From Thermoleophilaceae bacterium (GTDB lineage Bacteria > Actinomycetota > Thermoleophilia > Solirubrobacterales > Thermoleophilaceae): a DNA stretch of 64,000 nt. This document shows positions 9,903 to 18,339 of the stretch, in pieces. The stretch's first letter is position 1; every line of letters begins with the position of its first letter. A model generated the notes under the pieces. That model did not search any database. It saw only the letters and a list, made by a program, of their open reading frames with translations, and was not told the DNA's origin. The stretch is taken from assembly GCA_036407035.1 (NCBI GenBank), contig DASXAA010000219.1:5459-69458 (forward strand), read 5' to 3'. Made by a program: the position numbers and the translations under genes.

Positions 9903-9950
9903 GGTGATGTCGAGTTATGGGTGCTATAGCACCCGTAAGTCGACATCACC
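9903..9950. terminator. 48-nt nested hairpin between convergent genes (candidate factor-independent I-shaped terminator or structured RNA)
   Basis: GGTGATGTCGA-GTTAT-GGGTGC-TATA-GCACCC-GTAAG-TCGACATCACC. There is an 11-bp perfect outer stem, a 6-bp perfect inner stem and four further pairs (one G.U) in plus sense. It lies in the 250-bp gap between the VOC stop (9780) and the FUSC-like stop (10032). There is no U-tract. Confidence 0.4.
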
Positions 9951-10031
9951 CACCCCTTGTCGCCCAGACGGCCATCCGTCAACGGGCAACCCTGCCGAGA
10001 GACGAGCACGCCCGGTCGCCGCGCTCGGCCC

Positions 10032-11153
10032 TCACGCCCCGCGGACGGCCGACAGCGCGTCGTCGCGCTCCAGGCCGCTCGCGCGCAGCAGGTCCACCGC
10101 CGTCAGTCTCACCTGGCCCACGATATGGAGCGCCGACAGGTTGCCGGTCTGCTCGAGCACCGCGTTCGCGTGGCCGGCCGCGCGGCAGGCCGCTCCGCGG
10201 GCGGGTGCCGGGTCGCCGTCGTCGAGCACGGGGCCGAGGGCGCGGGCGGCGGACGCCAGCTCACGCAGCGACTGCTCCACGTCCTCGGGGATCGCGTCGC
10301 CCAGGGAGATCGCCCTCACGGCGCCGCGGGCGATCGCGCGTGCGTTCTCGGTCGCCAGCCCGAGCTCGGTCGCCGCGACCGCGTAGCGCGCCAGCGGCCG
10401 CCGGGTGCGGCGCCGTCCGAGCGACAGTCGGGCCGCCTCGCCGGCCGCCCCGATCGTCTCCTCCATGCGCGCGTGGTAGGGGTCCACGTCCGTCGTGGCG
10501 CGCAGCGCCGCGTCCGCCTCGGCGGCGTCGCGGGTGCGCAGCGCCTCGGCGATTCGCTCGAGCGTCGCGGCCAGGTGCTCGAGCATGGGGCCGGTGCTCG
10601 CCCGGGCCATCTTGAGCGGGTTCACGGGCAGGACGACCGCTGCCACCACCAGCGCCGTGGCGCCGCCGACGAGGGCGTCCACGAAGCGGGCGAAGTTGAA
10701 CGTGCCGCCGGCGGGCTGCAGCGTCGCGACCAGCACCGCCGAGACGCCCGCCTGCGACGCCAGCAGCGGGCCGCCGCCCACCAGCGTCGCGCCGGTCATC
10801 GCGAGCGCCGTGACCACGGCGATCTGCCAGGCGCCGGTGCCGATCACCGACACGAGCGCGTCGCCGATCGCGATCCCGACCGCCACGCCGATCGCGATCT
10901 CGACCGCACGCCGGGGCGCCGCGCCCACGGTCAGCCCGAGCGTGATGAGCGCGGACACCGGGGCGAAGAACGGAGTCGAGTGCCCGATCACCTCGGTTGC
11001 GATCAGCCACGCCCCGGCGGCCGCGACGGAGGTGTGGAGGATCGGCCGGGCGGCCTCGACGATCCGCTCGCGGCGCGTGCGCAGCCCCGCGCGCGACGCC
11101 TCCGCGGCGTGCTCGAGCAGCTCGCCGCGGCGCGCGAACGTCCCTCGGGTCAT
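10032..11153 (-). CDS. FUSC/ArAE family membrane protein (aromatic acid exporter-like)
   Basis: 373 aa from ATG 11153, with an ATGA overlap onto the stop of the upstream TPP gene. The N-terminal half is TM-rich (AAGAWLIATEVIGHSTPFFAPVSALITLGLTVG...). The C-terminal half is soluble and helical. Confidence 0.7.
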   Translation of the reverse strand: MTRGTFARRGELLEHAAEASRAGLRTRRERIVEAARPILHTSVAAAGAWLIATEVIGHSTPFFAPVSALITLGLTVGAAPRRAVEIAIGVAVGIAIGDALVSVIGTGAWQIAVVTALAMTGATLVGGGPLLASQAGVSAVLVATLQPAGGTFNFARFVDALVGGATALVVAAVVLPVNPLKMARASTGPMLEHLAATLERIAEALRTRDAAEADAALRATTDVDPYHARMEETIGAAGEAARLSLGRRRTRRPLARYAVAATELGLATENARAIARGAVRAISLGDAIPEDVEQSLRELASAARALGPVLDDGDPAPARGAACRAAGHANAVLEQTGNLSALHIVGQVRLTAVDLLRASGLERDDALSAVRGA

Positions 11154-12805
11154 CGCCGGTACCAGCGCGGCGAGACGTTCGGCGGCGGCCGCATGGCGGC
11201 GTTGACGACCAGGACGGTCGGCTCCGCCAGGCGCGCGTGGTGCTGGAGCATCCCCTCGAAGTGCTCGCCGACGCCCTCGACGGCGTCCGCCCGCACTCCG
11301 AACGAGCGCGCGAGGGCGACGAAGTCCGGCGTCCGCAGGTCCACTCCCTCGCGCGGGTCGCCGCGGAGGTCCTGGTCGAAGCGCAGCATCCCGTAGCCGC
11401 CGTCGTCGAAGATCACGGCGGTCACGGGGATCCGCTCCTGGGCGGCCGCGGCGAGCTCGCCGCACGCATAGAGGAAGCCCCCGTCGCCGGAGATGCTCAC
11501 GGCCGGCCCGCGGCCGGCGAGCGCCGCGCCGAGCGCTTGCGGGAACGCGCATCCGAGCGTTCCCCATCCGAGCGGGTACGAGAGCTTGCGCGGCGCGGGC
11601 GTGCGGTGGAATCCGCCGAGCCAGTAGCCGGGGATGCACATGTCGCAGACGACGATCGCGTCGTCGGGCAGCGCCCGCTCGACGGCGGCGAGCATGCCCA
11701 TCGCCTCCGGGTCGGTCTCCTCGAGCGAGCCCCGCACGGCCTTGCGCACGCCGGCGAGCCGCTGCCCGAGCGCCTCGAGGCCGCCGCGCGGCTCGATGCG
11801 CCCGGCCAGAGAGGCGGTCGCCTCGGCGGCGTCCGCCTCCACGAGCACGTCCGGCAGGTAGTTCTTGGCGGCGTCCGCCGGGTCGACGTTGATCGCGACC
11901 AAGTGCGGCGGCTGCGGCATCTTCCAGCCCTGGGTCATCATGCCGTCGAAGTCGGTGCCGATCGCGACCACCACGTCGGCCTCGTCCCAGAGGGCGCCGA
12001 TCTCCGCGACGTGCGGCGGCCCGTCGGCGAGACAGGTGTGCCCGGGCGGCAGCACGCCGCGGGCCGAGTAGGTGAGGATGACCGGCGCCACGAGCCGCTC
12101 CGCCAGCGCGGCCAGCGCCTCGCCGGCGTCAGCCTGGAGGGCGCCGCCGCCCGCCCAGATGAGCGGCCTGCGCGAGCGCCCGATCACCTCGGCGGCGCGC
12201 GCCAGGTGCTCCTCGTCCGCGCGCGGGCGGGGCTGGGGCTTCGGCCGCACCTCGGGCGGGTCTGTCACCTCGGCGCCGAGGAAGTCGGTGGGCACCTCGA
12301 GGTAGACGGGCCGCTGCGGCGGCGCGAGCGCGCTGCCCACGGCCAGCTCCACCGCGGCGCCGAGCGTCTGCGGCGAGTGGGCGCGGATCGTCTGCTTCAC
12401 GACCGGCCGGAACATCCCGGCCTGGTCGGTGGCCTCGTGGAGCGCGCCGCGCCACACGCCCCTGCGGCGCATGCGGGCCGGTATGTCGGTGGCGATCACG
12501 AGCACCGGCTGGCGCGAGGCCCACGCCTCGCCGACCGCGGCGAGCGTGTTGGCGGCGCCGGGCCCGGTCGTGGTCAGCGCCACGCCGAGGTTGCCGGTCG
12601 CGCGGGCGTACCCGTCGGCCGCGTACGCCGCCGTCTGCTCGTGGCGCACCCCGACCAGCCTGATGCGTGACGCGCCCAGCGCCCGCCACAGCGCCAGGTT
12701 GTGCACGCCCGGCAACCCGAAGCCGACGTCCACCCCCGCCTGCTCGAGCGCCTCCACCGCGAGGCGGGCGCCTGTCAGGATGCCCGTCCGTGATGGAGAG
12801 CTCAT
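11150..12805 (-). CDS. thiamine pyrophosphate-dependent enzyme (acetolactate synthase / oxalyl-CoA decarboxylase superfamily)
   Basis: 551 aa. N-terminal PYR domain: GFGLPGVHNLALWRAL...RHEQTAAYAADGYARATG. C-terminal TPP-binding motif: ISGDGGFLYACGELAAAAQERIPVTAVIFDDGGYG. Confidence 0.85.
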   Translation of the reverse strand: MSSPSRTGILTGARLAVEALEQAGVDVGFGLPGVHNLALWRALGASRIRLVGVRHEQTAAYAADGYARATGNLGVALTTTGPGAANTLAAVGEAWASRQPVLVIATDIPARMRRRGVWRGALHEATDQAGMFRPVVKQTIRAHSPQTLGAAVELAVGSALAPPQRPVYLEVPTDFLGAEVTDPPEVRPKPQPRPRADEEHLARAAEVIGRSRRPLIWAGGGALQADAGEALAALAERLVAPVILTYSARGVLPPGHTCLADGPPHVAEIGALWDEADVVVAIGTDFDGMMTQGWKMPQPPHLVAINVDPADAAKNYLPDVLVEADAAEATASLAGRIEPRGGLEALGQRLAGVRKAVRGSLEETDPEAMGMLAAVERALPDDAIVVCDMCIPGYWLGGFHRTPAPRKLSYPLGWGTLGCAFPQALGAALAGRGPAVSISGDGGFLYACGELAAAAQERIPVTAVIFDDGGYGMLRFDQDLRGDPREGVDLRTPDFVALARSFGVRADAVEGVGEHFEGMLQHHARLAEPTVLVVNAAMRPPPNVSPRWYRR

Positions 12806-13992
12806 CCGAAGGCCCTCCGCTCGCGGGCGTCCGCGTCGCGGACCTGTCGCGCGTGCTCGCCGGGCCGTACTGCACGATGATCCTGGCTGACCTGGGCGCC
12901 GACGTCGTCAAGGTCGAGCGGCCGCAGGGAGGGGACGAGACGCGCACCTGGGGACCGCCGTTCGTCGGCGGGGAGTCCGCCTACTACCTCTCGCTGAACC
13001 GCGGCAAGCGCAGCTGTGCGATCGACCTCTCCGACGCCGACGGCCGCGCGCTCGCCCAGGAGCTGTGCGCGCGGGCGGACGTCGTCGTGGAGAACTTCAA
13101 GGTCGGCGGCGCCGAGCGCCTGGGCGTCGGCTTTGAGCAGGTGCGCGAGCGCAACCCGGGCGTCGTGTACTGCTCGATCACGGGGTTCGGCTCGCAACGC
13201 AACCCGCCAGGGCGGCCCGGCTACGACTTCGTCGCCCAGGCGGAGACCGGCCTGATGTCGATCACCGGCGCCGAGGACGGGCCGCCGTACAAGGTCGGCG
13301 TGGCGCTCGTGGACGTGCTCACGGGGGCGCACGCCGCCGCCGGTGTGCTGGCGGCGCTGCACGGCGGGCGCGGCGGCCTCATCGAGGTCCCGCTGCTCGA
13401 CAGCGGGCTCGCCGGCCTCGTGAACGTGGCGCAGAACGCGCTCGTCACGGGGTCGGAGCCGAAGCGCTACGGGAACGCGCACCCGAACATCGTGCCTTAC
13501 CAGGACTTCGAGACGGCGTCCGGTCGCATCGCCGTGGCCGCCGCGAACGACGGGCTGTTCCGGTCGCTGTGCTGCGTGATGGGCCGGGACGACCTCGCGG
13601 CCGACGATCGCTTCGCCACCAACGCCGGCCGGGTCGAGCACCGCGGCGAGCTGGTCCCGGCGCTGCAGGTGACCTTCCGCGAGCGCCCGGCGGACGACTG
13701 GCTGGCCGAGCTCGACGCCGCCGGCGTCCCGGCGGGCAAGGTGCGCTCGGTGCCCGAGGCGCTCGCGGCGGCCGCGGAGGCCGGCCGCGCGGCGACCGTC
13801 ACCGTGGCGCACCCGACGGCGGGCGACCTCGACCTCGTCGCCTCCCCGATCTGGACTGACGGCGGCGCGCCGGCGAAGCCACCGCCGCTGCTCGGGGAGC
13901 ACACGGCGGAGGTGCTGCGCGAGCTGGGCCGCACGGACACCGAGATCGCGGAAATGGCCGAGAATGGGGTGGTTCGATGCGCAGGTTCCTGA
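12793..13992 (+). CDS. family III CoA-transferase (CaiB/BaiF)
   Basis: From ATG 12793: MESSSEGPPLAGVRVADLSRVLAGPYCTMILADLGADVVKVE...ENFKVGG...GYDFVAQAETGLMSITG. This is the characteristic family III N-terminus and core. Confidence 0.9.
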   Translation: MESSSEGPPLAGVRVADLSRVLAGPYCTMILADLGADVVKVERPQGGDETRTWGPPFVGGESAYYLSLNRGKRSCAIDLSDADGRALAQELCARADVVVENFKVGGAERLGVGFEQVRERNPGVVYCSITGFGSQRNPPGRPGYDFVAQAETGLMSITGAEDGPPYKVGVALVDVLTGAHAAAGVLAALHGGRGGLIEVPLLDSGLAGLVNVAQNALVTGSEPKRYGNAHPNIVPYQDFETASGRIAVAAANDGLFRSLCCVMGRDDLAADDRFATNAGRVEHRGELVPALQVTFRERPADDWLAELDAAGVPAGKVRSVPEALAAAAEAGRAATVTVAHPTAGDLDLVASPIWTDGGAPAKPPPLLGEHTAEVLRELGRTDTEIAEMAENGVVRCAGS

Positions 13993-15083
13993 CGCCCGTG
14001 GTGCTCCTGGCGACGCTCGCCGCGGCGGCGCCCGCGGGCGCGGATCCGCTGCCGCCGGGGGATTACGAGGTCAGGGCGAACACGATCTCGCTGCAGGTCA
14101 ACCCGTTGCTCCCCCCGTTCACGGCGCCGGGGGGCACGCAGGGCGTGCTGCATGTCGAGGGCGACGAGACCGGGCCGATCCCGCTGCCGATCCAACAGCC
14201 AGTCTTCGCCGCGGTCGCCTTGCCTGCGAGCGCCGGCACCGCGGAGGTCCTGCTCGACGAGCCGGCGGTCGCGACCATCGATCTGGCCACGGGCGCGGCG
14301 AGCATTGTGACCGCGGGGCACGCGCACTTCTTCGGCAACACCACGCTGGGAAACCTGGGTGCGTTCGACTGCATGGTGGCGACGCCGGCCATCCCGGCTC
14401 CGACGAACCTCTCCACCGCCAAGCCCGGGGGCGCGGCCTGGAACAGCCACACCGCCGTGATCGCCCTCAAGGGCGATGACCTGCTCCCGCCGGTCGACTG
14501 CGTCGAGGACGCCGACGAGGCGTTCGTGGACGGGCTTCTTCGCAACGGCCAGCCCCAGGCCCATCTCCTCTCCACCGTCACGGGCACCATCTGGCCCGTC
14601 GGCCAGCCGCTGCCCACCCCGCCACCCCCTCCGCCGGCACCCCCGTCGCCGCCCGGCGCCGGAGGGTCCGGCGGGACCGGCGGCGCCGGAGGTGGCGGGA
14701 CGGCCGGCGGCGGCGCCGGCGGCGGCGCACAGAACGGCACCACCGGCGGCGGCACCCTCTGGATCGGCAGCCGCCCGATCCGCGTCGGGCGCGGCGGCGT
14801 CGGGGTGCTGACCGTGCGCTGCCTGTTCTCCGGCGCCCGGTGCCAGGGGCGAGTTCTCGTGTCGAGCGTGCAGGTGAGCTCGCACCGCGCGTCGGCGGCG
14901 GTCCGCTACGCCTCGGTCCGGTTCGACCTCGCCCCCGGCGCCCGCAAGGGGATCAAGGTCCGCTTCGGCCGCCGCGCGCTGGCGACGCTCCGCAAGCGAG
15001 GGCGCCTGACCGTGCGCGTGACGGTCAAGCCCGACGGCGGAAGCCCGGTCACGAAGCGCCTGACCGTGCGCCGGAAGCGGTAG
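13977..15083 (+). CDS. secreted hypothetical protein with Pro/Gly-rich linker and Arg-rich beta C-terminal module
   Basis: Signal peptide MRRFLTPVVLLATLAAAAPAGA. It has a PPPPPPAPPSPPGAGGSGGTGGAGGGG linker and a C-terminal ...TVRCLFSGARCQGRVLV...RLTVRVTVKPDGGSPVTKRLTVRRKR. No family recognised. Confidence 0.6.
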   Translation: MRRFLTPVVLLATLAAAAPAGADPLPPGDYEVRANTISLQVNPLLPPFTAPGGTQGVLHVEGDETGPIPLPIQQPVFAAVALPASAGTAEVLLDEPAVATIDLATGAASIVTAGHAHFFGNTTLGNLGAFDCMVATPAIPAPTNLSTAKPGGAAWNSHTAVIALKGDDLLPPVDCVEDADEAFVDGLLRNGQPQAHLLSTVTGTIWPVGQPLPTPPPPPPAPPSPPGAGGSGGTGGAGGGGTAGGGAGGGAQNGTTGGGTLWIGSRPIRVGRGGVGVLTVRCLFSGARCQGRVLVSSVQVSSHRASAAVRYASVRFDLAPGARKGIKVRFGRRALATLRKRGRLTVRVTVKPDGGSPVTKRLTVRRKR

Positions 15084-15229
15084 CGCGGCCCCCAAAGCCG
15101 GGACGGCGGCGAGCCGAGGCCCGCCGCCGCCGCAGGAAGGCGCCACCGGGATCCCGTCGAATCCCGGGGCACTTCCGTAACGCGCCACGCACCGGAAAGT
15201 TGCGCGCTCGTCGGTCGTCCTGCCGGACG

Positions 15230-16345
15230 TCAGGCGCCCGTCAGGGCCGTCCTCGCGGCGGGCGGGCTCACGGCCTCGTTCGGCTCCGCCCCCTCCTCCT
15301 GCTGGATCATGTACCGGAGGGTCACGAGCAGCGCCAGGTCGATCGCCAGCCCGAACACGGCGCCGAACTGCGACTCGACGAACGCGAACACGCGCGTGAG
15401 GAAGATCGCCACGAGCAGGGCGAGCTCGAAGATCCGGTACGCGTCGAGGCGGGTACCGGTGCGCAGGCGGTGCAGGCCGATCAGCACGAGCACGGCCGAG
15501 GCCGTGCTGGTCGCGAGGCTCGCCCAGTTGACGAACGGCAGGTGGGCCACGGAGTCGGACCCGAATCCGCGCCGCGCCACGCCCATGTCGATCCCGACCG
15601 AGAAGACGAGCTCGACGACCTGGAACAGCGAGGCCGCCGCCCAGACGGCGAAGATCCAGGCGATCGCGGGCCGGAACCACGACCGTCCCACGACGTCGAG
15701 GTAGCGCCGACGCGCGGCGCGGCCGAGCCGTGTGATCCGCGACGGGGCGGGCGCCGGCACGGCGTTCATCTGCTGCACCAGCCGGCGCACCGGCTCCACG
15801 AGCGGATCCTCCCGGTCGGCTCCGTCCAGCAGGTCGAGCGCGCGCCGCCGCTGGTTCTCGTCGAGGCGGCGCCGGGTCCCTGCGACCACGATGTCGAGCG
15901 CGTTCGCCAACCGGTCAGGCGGCGCCAGCTCGCCCCGGCGCTGGAGCGTGCGGATCAGCAGGAAGAGCCCGATGAAGATCAGGTAGATGAGCGCGGCGGC
16001 CGGCCTGAAGAAGTAGTTGTTGTCGGCGGTGATGAACTTGCCGAGCTCGTCGATGAAGAAGCCGAAGCCGATCCCGCCGATGATGACCCCCGGCACACGC
16101 GGCACGCGGCCGAGGAAAGTGACGAGCACGCCGATCGCGATCACCATGAAGATGCCGCCGTAGAGCAGGTGGGCGATGTGGAGCCCGTGGCCGCCCAGCT
16201 GCGGGTAGTTCGTCAGCCACAGCTGGGTGCGGATGACGAGGATCATCGTGACCGCGGCGATCAGGAAGGTCTCCTGAAGGCGCCCGAACTCCGCGTTGAG
16301 CGGCGCCCGGCGGGCGAGGTCGGAGGCGGCGGGCCAGCGCGGCAT
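15230..16345 (-). CDS. integral membrane protein (hypothetical)
   Basis: 371 aa with about 8 hydrophobic helices, for example GGHGLHIAHLLYGGIFMVIAIGVLVTFLG and IIGGIGFGFFIDELGKF. A central soluble Arg-rich segment is present. High GC3. Confidence 0.7.
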   Translation of the reverse strand: MPRWPAASDLARRAPLNAEFGRLQETFLIAAVTMILVIRTQLWLTNYPQLGGHGLHIAHLLYGGIFMVIAIGVLVTFLGRVPRVPGVIIGGIGFGFFIDELGKFITADNNYFFRPAAALIYLIFIGLFLLIRTLQRRGELAPPDRLANALDIVVAGTRRRLDENQRRRALDLLDGADREDPLVEPVRRLVQQMNAVPAPAPSRITRLGRAARRRYLDVVGRSWFRPAIAWIFAVWAAASLFQVVELVFSVGIDMGVARRGFGSDSVAHLPFVNWASLATSTASAVLVLIGLHRLRTGTRLDAYRIFELALLVAIFLTRVFAFVESQFGAVFGLAIDLALLVTLRYMIQQEEGAEPNEAVSPPAARTALTGA

Positions 16346-16403
16346 TCCTGGCCGATCGTACCGCCGGGTCGCGCGGTGGGGTGGCCGTCCCGCGGCCGGC
16401 TGG

Positions 16404-17009
16404 CTAGTGCGCCCCGTCGTCAGCGCTCGAGGCGGGCGGGCGCGACTCCTCGGCCAGCGAGGTGATCGTCAGCGCCCCGCGGGCCGCCTGCTCGAGCACC
16501 TCGGTCGCCTCGTCCGCCGAGCGGGCGTAGAGCTCCACCAGCATGTGGATCACGATCCGCTCCTCCTCGTGCTTGTGGAAGCGGACATGCGTGAAGAACT
16601 CGCGCGTGCCGTGGTCGCCGAACGCGGCGAAGGCGAGCGAGTCTGCGGCCTCGGGGCCGGAGCAGGACTCGACCTGGTCGGCGTCCACGGTGACCGTGCA
16701 GGAGGCGACCCAGGGCGTGCCGGTGACCATCCGCTCCCAGCGGTCCTCCACCGGCTCGATGCGCGAGATGCGGCGGCCGTTCTCCTCGTAGAAGGCGAGC
16801 GCGAGATGGGGCTGGTCGTGCAGGCAGTCGAGGCACTGGACCACCGCCTCCTGCACCTCCTCGACCGGGTCCACGGCCTCGCCGGTCTCGGGGTCGACCT
16901 TCAGGATCCCCTCGTAGTGCAGCTGCACCTCGAGGTTCTGCGACCAGCAGCGGTAGCAGCGAAGCCAGCTCGATTGCGTCCCCACGGAGCCCGGGGCGGA
17001 ACCCTCCAT
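16404..17009 (-). CDS. acidic cytosolic protein with N-terminal CxxC...CxxC zinc-ribbon-like motif (hypothetical)
   Basis: 201 aa. CYRC and CLDC are spaced about 40 residues apart. The rest is an acidic alpha/beta region. Codon position 3 is nearly all G/C. No family recognised. Confidence 0.65.
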   Translation of the reverse strand: MEGSAPGSVGTQSSWLRCYRCWSQNLEVQLHYEGILKVDPETGEAVDPVEEVQEAVVQCLDCLHDQPHLALAFYEENGRRISRIEPVEDRWERMVTGTPWVASCTVTVDADQVESCSGPEAADSLAFAAFGDHGTREFFTHVRFHKHEEERIVIHMLVELYARSADEATEVLEQAARGALTITSLAEESRPPASSADDGAH

Positions 17010-17044
17010 GCCCCCATTATGCTCCGCCGGGCCGGGCGGCTACC

Positions 17045-17734
17045 TCAAGCGGGCGCCTTCACCGACTCGATGAACCCGCGCACGTCGCCCGCCGGCTCCG
17101 TGTAGGCGTCGCCCAGCGCCTCCTCCACGGCGGCCATGTACTCGGTCGTCCAGGCCGGGAAGTCGTAGTCGATCGCCCGCAGGAACTCGAGCGTGGCGGC
17201 CAGCCGGATGTCCGCGATCGAGGGCGAGTCGCCGCCGATGAACTTCCTGCCGTCGAGGAAGAAGCCGTGGTACGCGTCGAGCGGGACTGCGATCGCCGCC
17301 TCGGCGTCCTTCTGCGCCTTTGCCTTGGTCTCGTCGTCGGCATCGGAGGTGGCGGCCTCGCCCGCGTACTGCGGGAACCCGAGCGTCGGATAGGTGGCGC
17401 GGGCAACGACCGGGTAGAGCGTGCCGATCAGGTAGAACATCGCGCTGTCGGTCATCGCGCGCTCGGCGGGATCGGTGGGGTAGAGGCGGTCGAGCCCGTG
17501 CTTGTTGCAGAGGTACTGCATGATCGCGCAGCTCTCCCACAGGGACCCGCGCGGCAGGCCGTCCTCCTCGAGCATCGGGGTCAGCTGGGCCGGGTCCTTG
17601 CGAACGAAGTCGGGCTCGTCCTTCTTGCCCCAGACGTCGTTCTCCTCGAACTCGAGCCCGGCCGCTCTCACGAAGACGCGGGCGGTCAGGTTGTTCACGC
17701 TCGGCTTCAGGATGTTCAGCGTGTTTGCGGCCAT
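17045..17734 (-). CDS. glutathione S-transferase family protein
   Basis: AGGAGG-N5-ATG at 17734, 229 aa. The thioredoxin-like N-domain is ...DPAQLTPMLEEDGLPRGSLWESCAIMQYL, followed by a helical C-domain. Upstream part of the 1051-aa track ORF is R/A/G-rich shadow. Confidence 0.85.
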   Translation of the reverse strand: MAANTLNILKPSVNNLTARVFVRAAGLEFEENDVWGKKDEPDFVRKDPAQLTPMLEEDGLPRGSLWESCAIMQYLCNKHGLDRLYPTDPAERAMTDSAMFYLIGTLYPVVARATYPTLGFPQYAGEAATSDADDETKAKAQKDAEAAIAVPLDAYHGFFLDGRKFIGGDSPSIADIRLAATLEFLRAIDYDFPAWTTEYMAAVEEALGDAYTEPAGDVRGFIESVKAPA

Positions 17735-17742
17735 GTGACCTC

Positions 17743-18327
17743 CTACTCGTATGGGTCCTTCGGCGAACGGTCCTCCGACAGCGATCCGCGCGAGCGCTCC
17801 ACGAGGATCTCGACGGCGTCCGCCAGGTGGGCGCGGTCGATGTTGTAGTCGCCGCGCTCCACCCTCAGCCTGTGCGCCTCGAGCAGCACGTCGGCGTGGG
17901 AGTAGCCGAACGGCGGCTCGAAGCGGTACGACGCGAGCTCGATCAGCAGCCCGAGCGGGTCCTCGAAGTAGATCGAGTCCATGAAGCCGCGGTCCTTCAC
18001 CCCGCTGTGCCGGACCCCGCGCTCGTCGAGGCGCTCGACCGCTTGGTGGAAGGTCGCCTGCGACAGGGCGAACGCGAGGTGATGCACGCAGCCGGGGTCG
18101 GTTGGCGTGCGCTCCGGGTCCGGCGTGCGCTCCTCGTTCGTGAAGACGGTGATCAGCCGCCCGTCGCCGGGATCGAAGTAGAGGTGGCTCTCCGATTCGT
18201 TGTCCAGGTTGGGCTGCTCGAACACGAACGGCATGCCGAGCACGCCTTCCCAGAAGTCGATCGACGTCTGCCGGTCCGCGCCGACGATCGTGATGTGGTG
18301 GACGCCCTGGCTCTGGAGCTTTCGCAT
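17743..18327 (-). CDS. VOC family protein (ring-cleaving dioxygenase / glyoxalase-like)
   Basis: 194 aa: GVHHITIVGADRQTSIDFWEGVLGMPF...HHLAFALS...DSIYFEDPLGLLIELAS. Confidence 0.85.
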   Translation of the reverse strand: MRKLQSQGVHHITIVGADRQTSIDFWEGVLGMPFVFEQPNLDNESESHLYFDPGDGRLITVFTNEERTPDPERTPTDPGCVHHLAFALSQATFHQAVERLDERGVRHSGVKDRGFMDSIYFEDPLGLLIELASYRFEPPFGYSHADVLLEAHRLRVERGDYNIDRAHLADAVEILVERSRGSLSEDRSPKDPYE

Positions 18328-18339
18328 CCGGTGTGGACC

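Noticed and set aside
9877-10009. Two small or overlapping ORFs on opposite strands both encode ...YGCYST....
   Set aside because: This is a mirror artefact of translating the palindromic hairpin 9903..9950 in both directions. It is not evidence of coding.
11150-13992. The divergent TPP enzyme plus family III CoA-transferase pair could be oxalyl-CoA decarboxylase/formyl-CoA transferase (oxc/frc).
   Set aside because: Only superfamily-level motifs are visible. No diagnostic residues could be verified without alignment, and the partner FUSC-like exporter is not typical of oxalate loci. Both were therefore kept at family level.
14620-14760. Highly repetitive GGC/CCG-rich stretch.
   Set aside because: It encodes the PPPPPPAPPSPPGAGGSGGTGGAGGGG linker of the secreted protein 13977..15083 and has no spacer-repeat periodicity.
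15140-15165. CCGGGATCCCGTCGAATCCCGG resembles a tRNA T-arm (GGTTCGAATCC-like).
   Set aside because: No acceptor, D or anticodon arms can be built around it. It is one of several short GC hairpins in the convergent gap 15084..15229 and is more plausibly a terminator stem.
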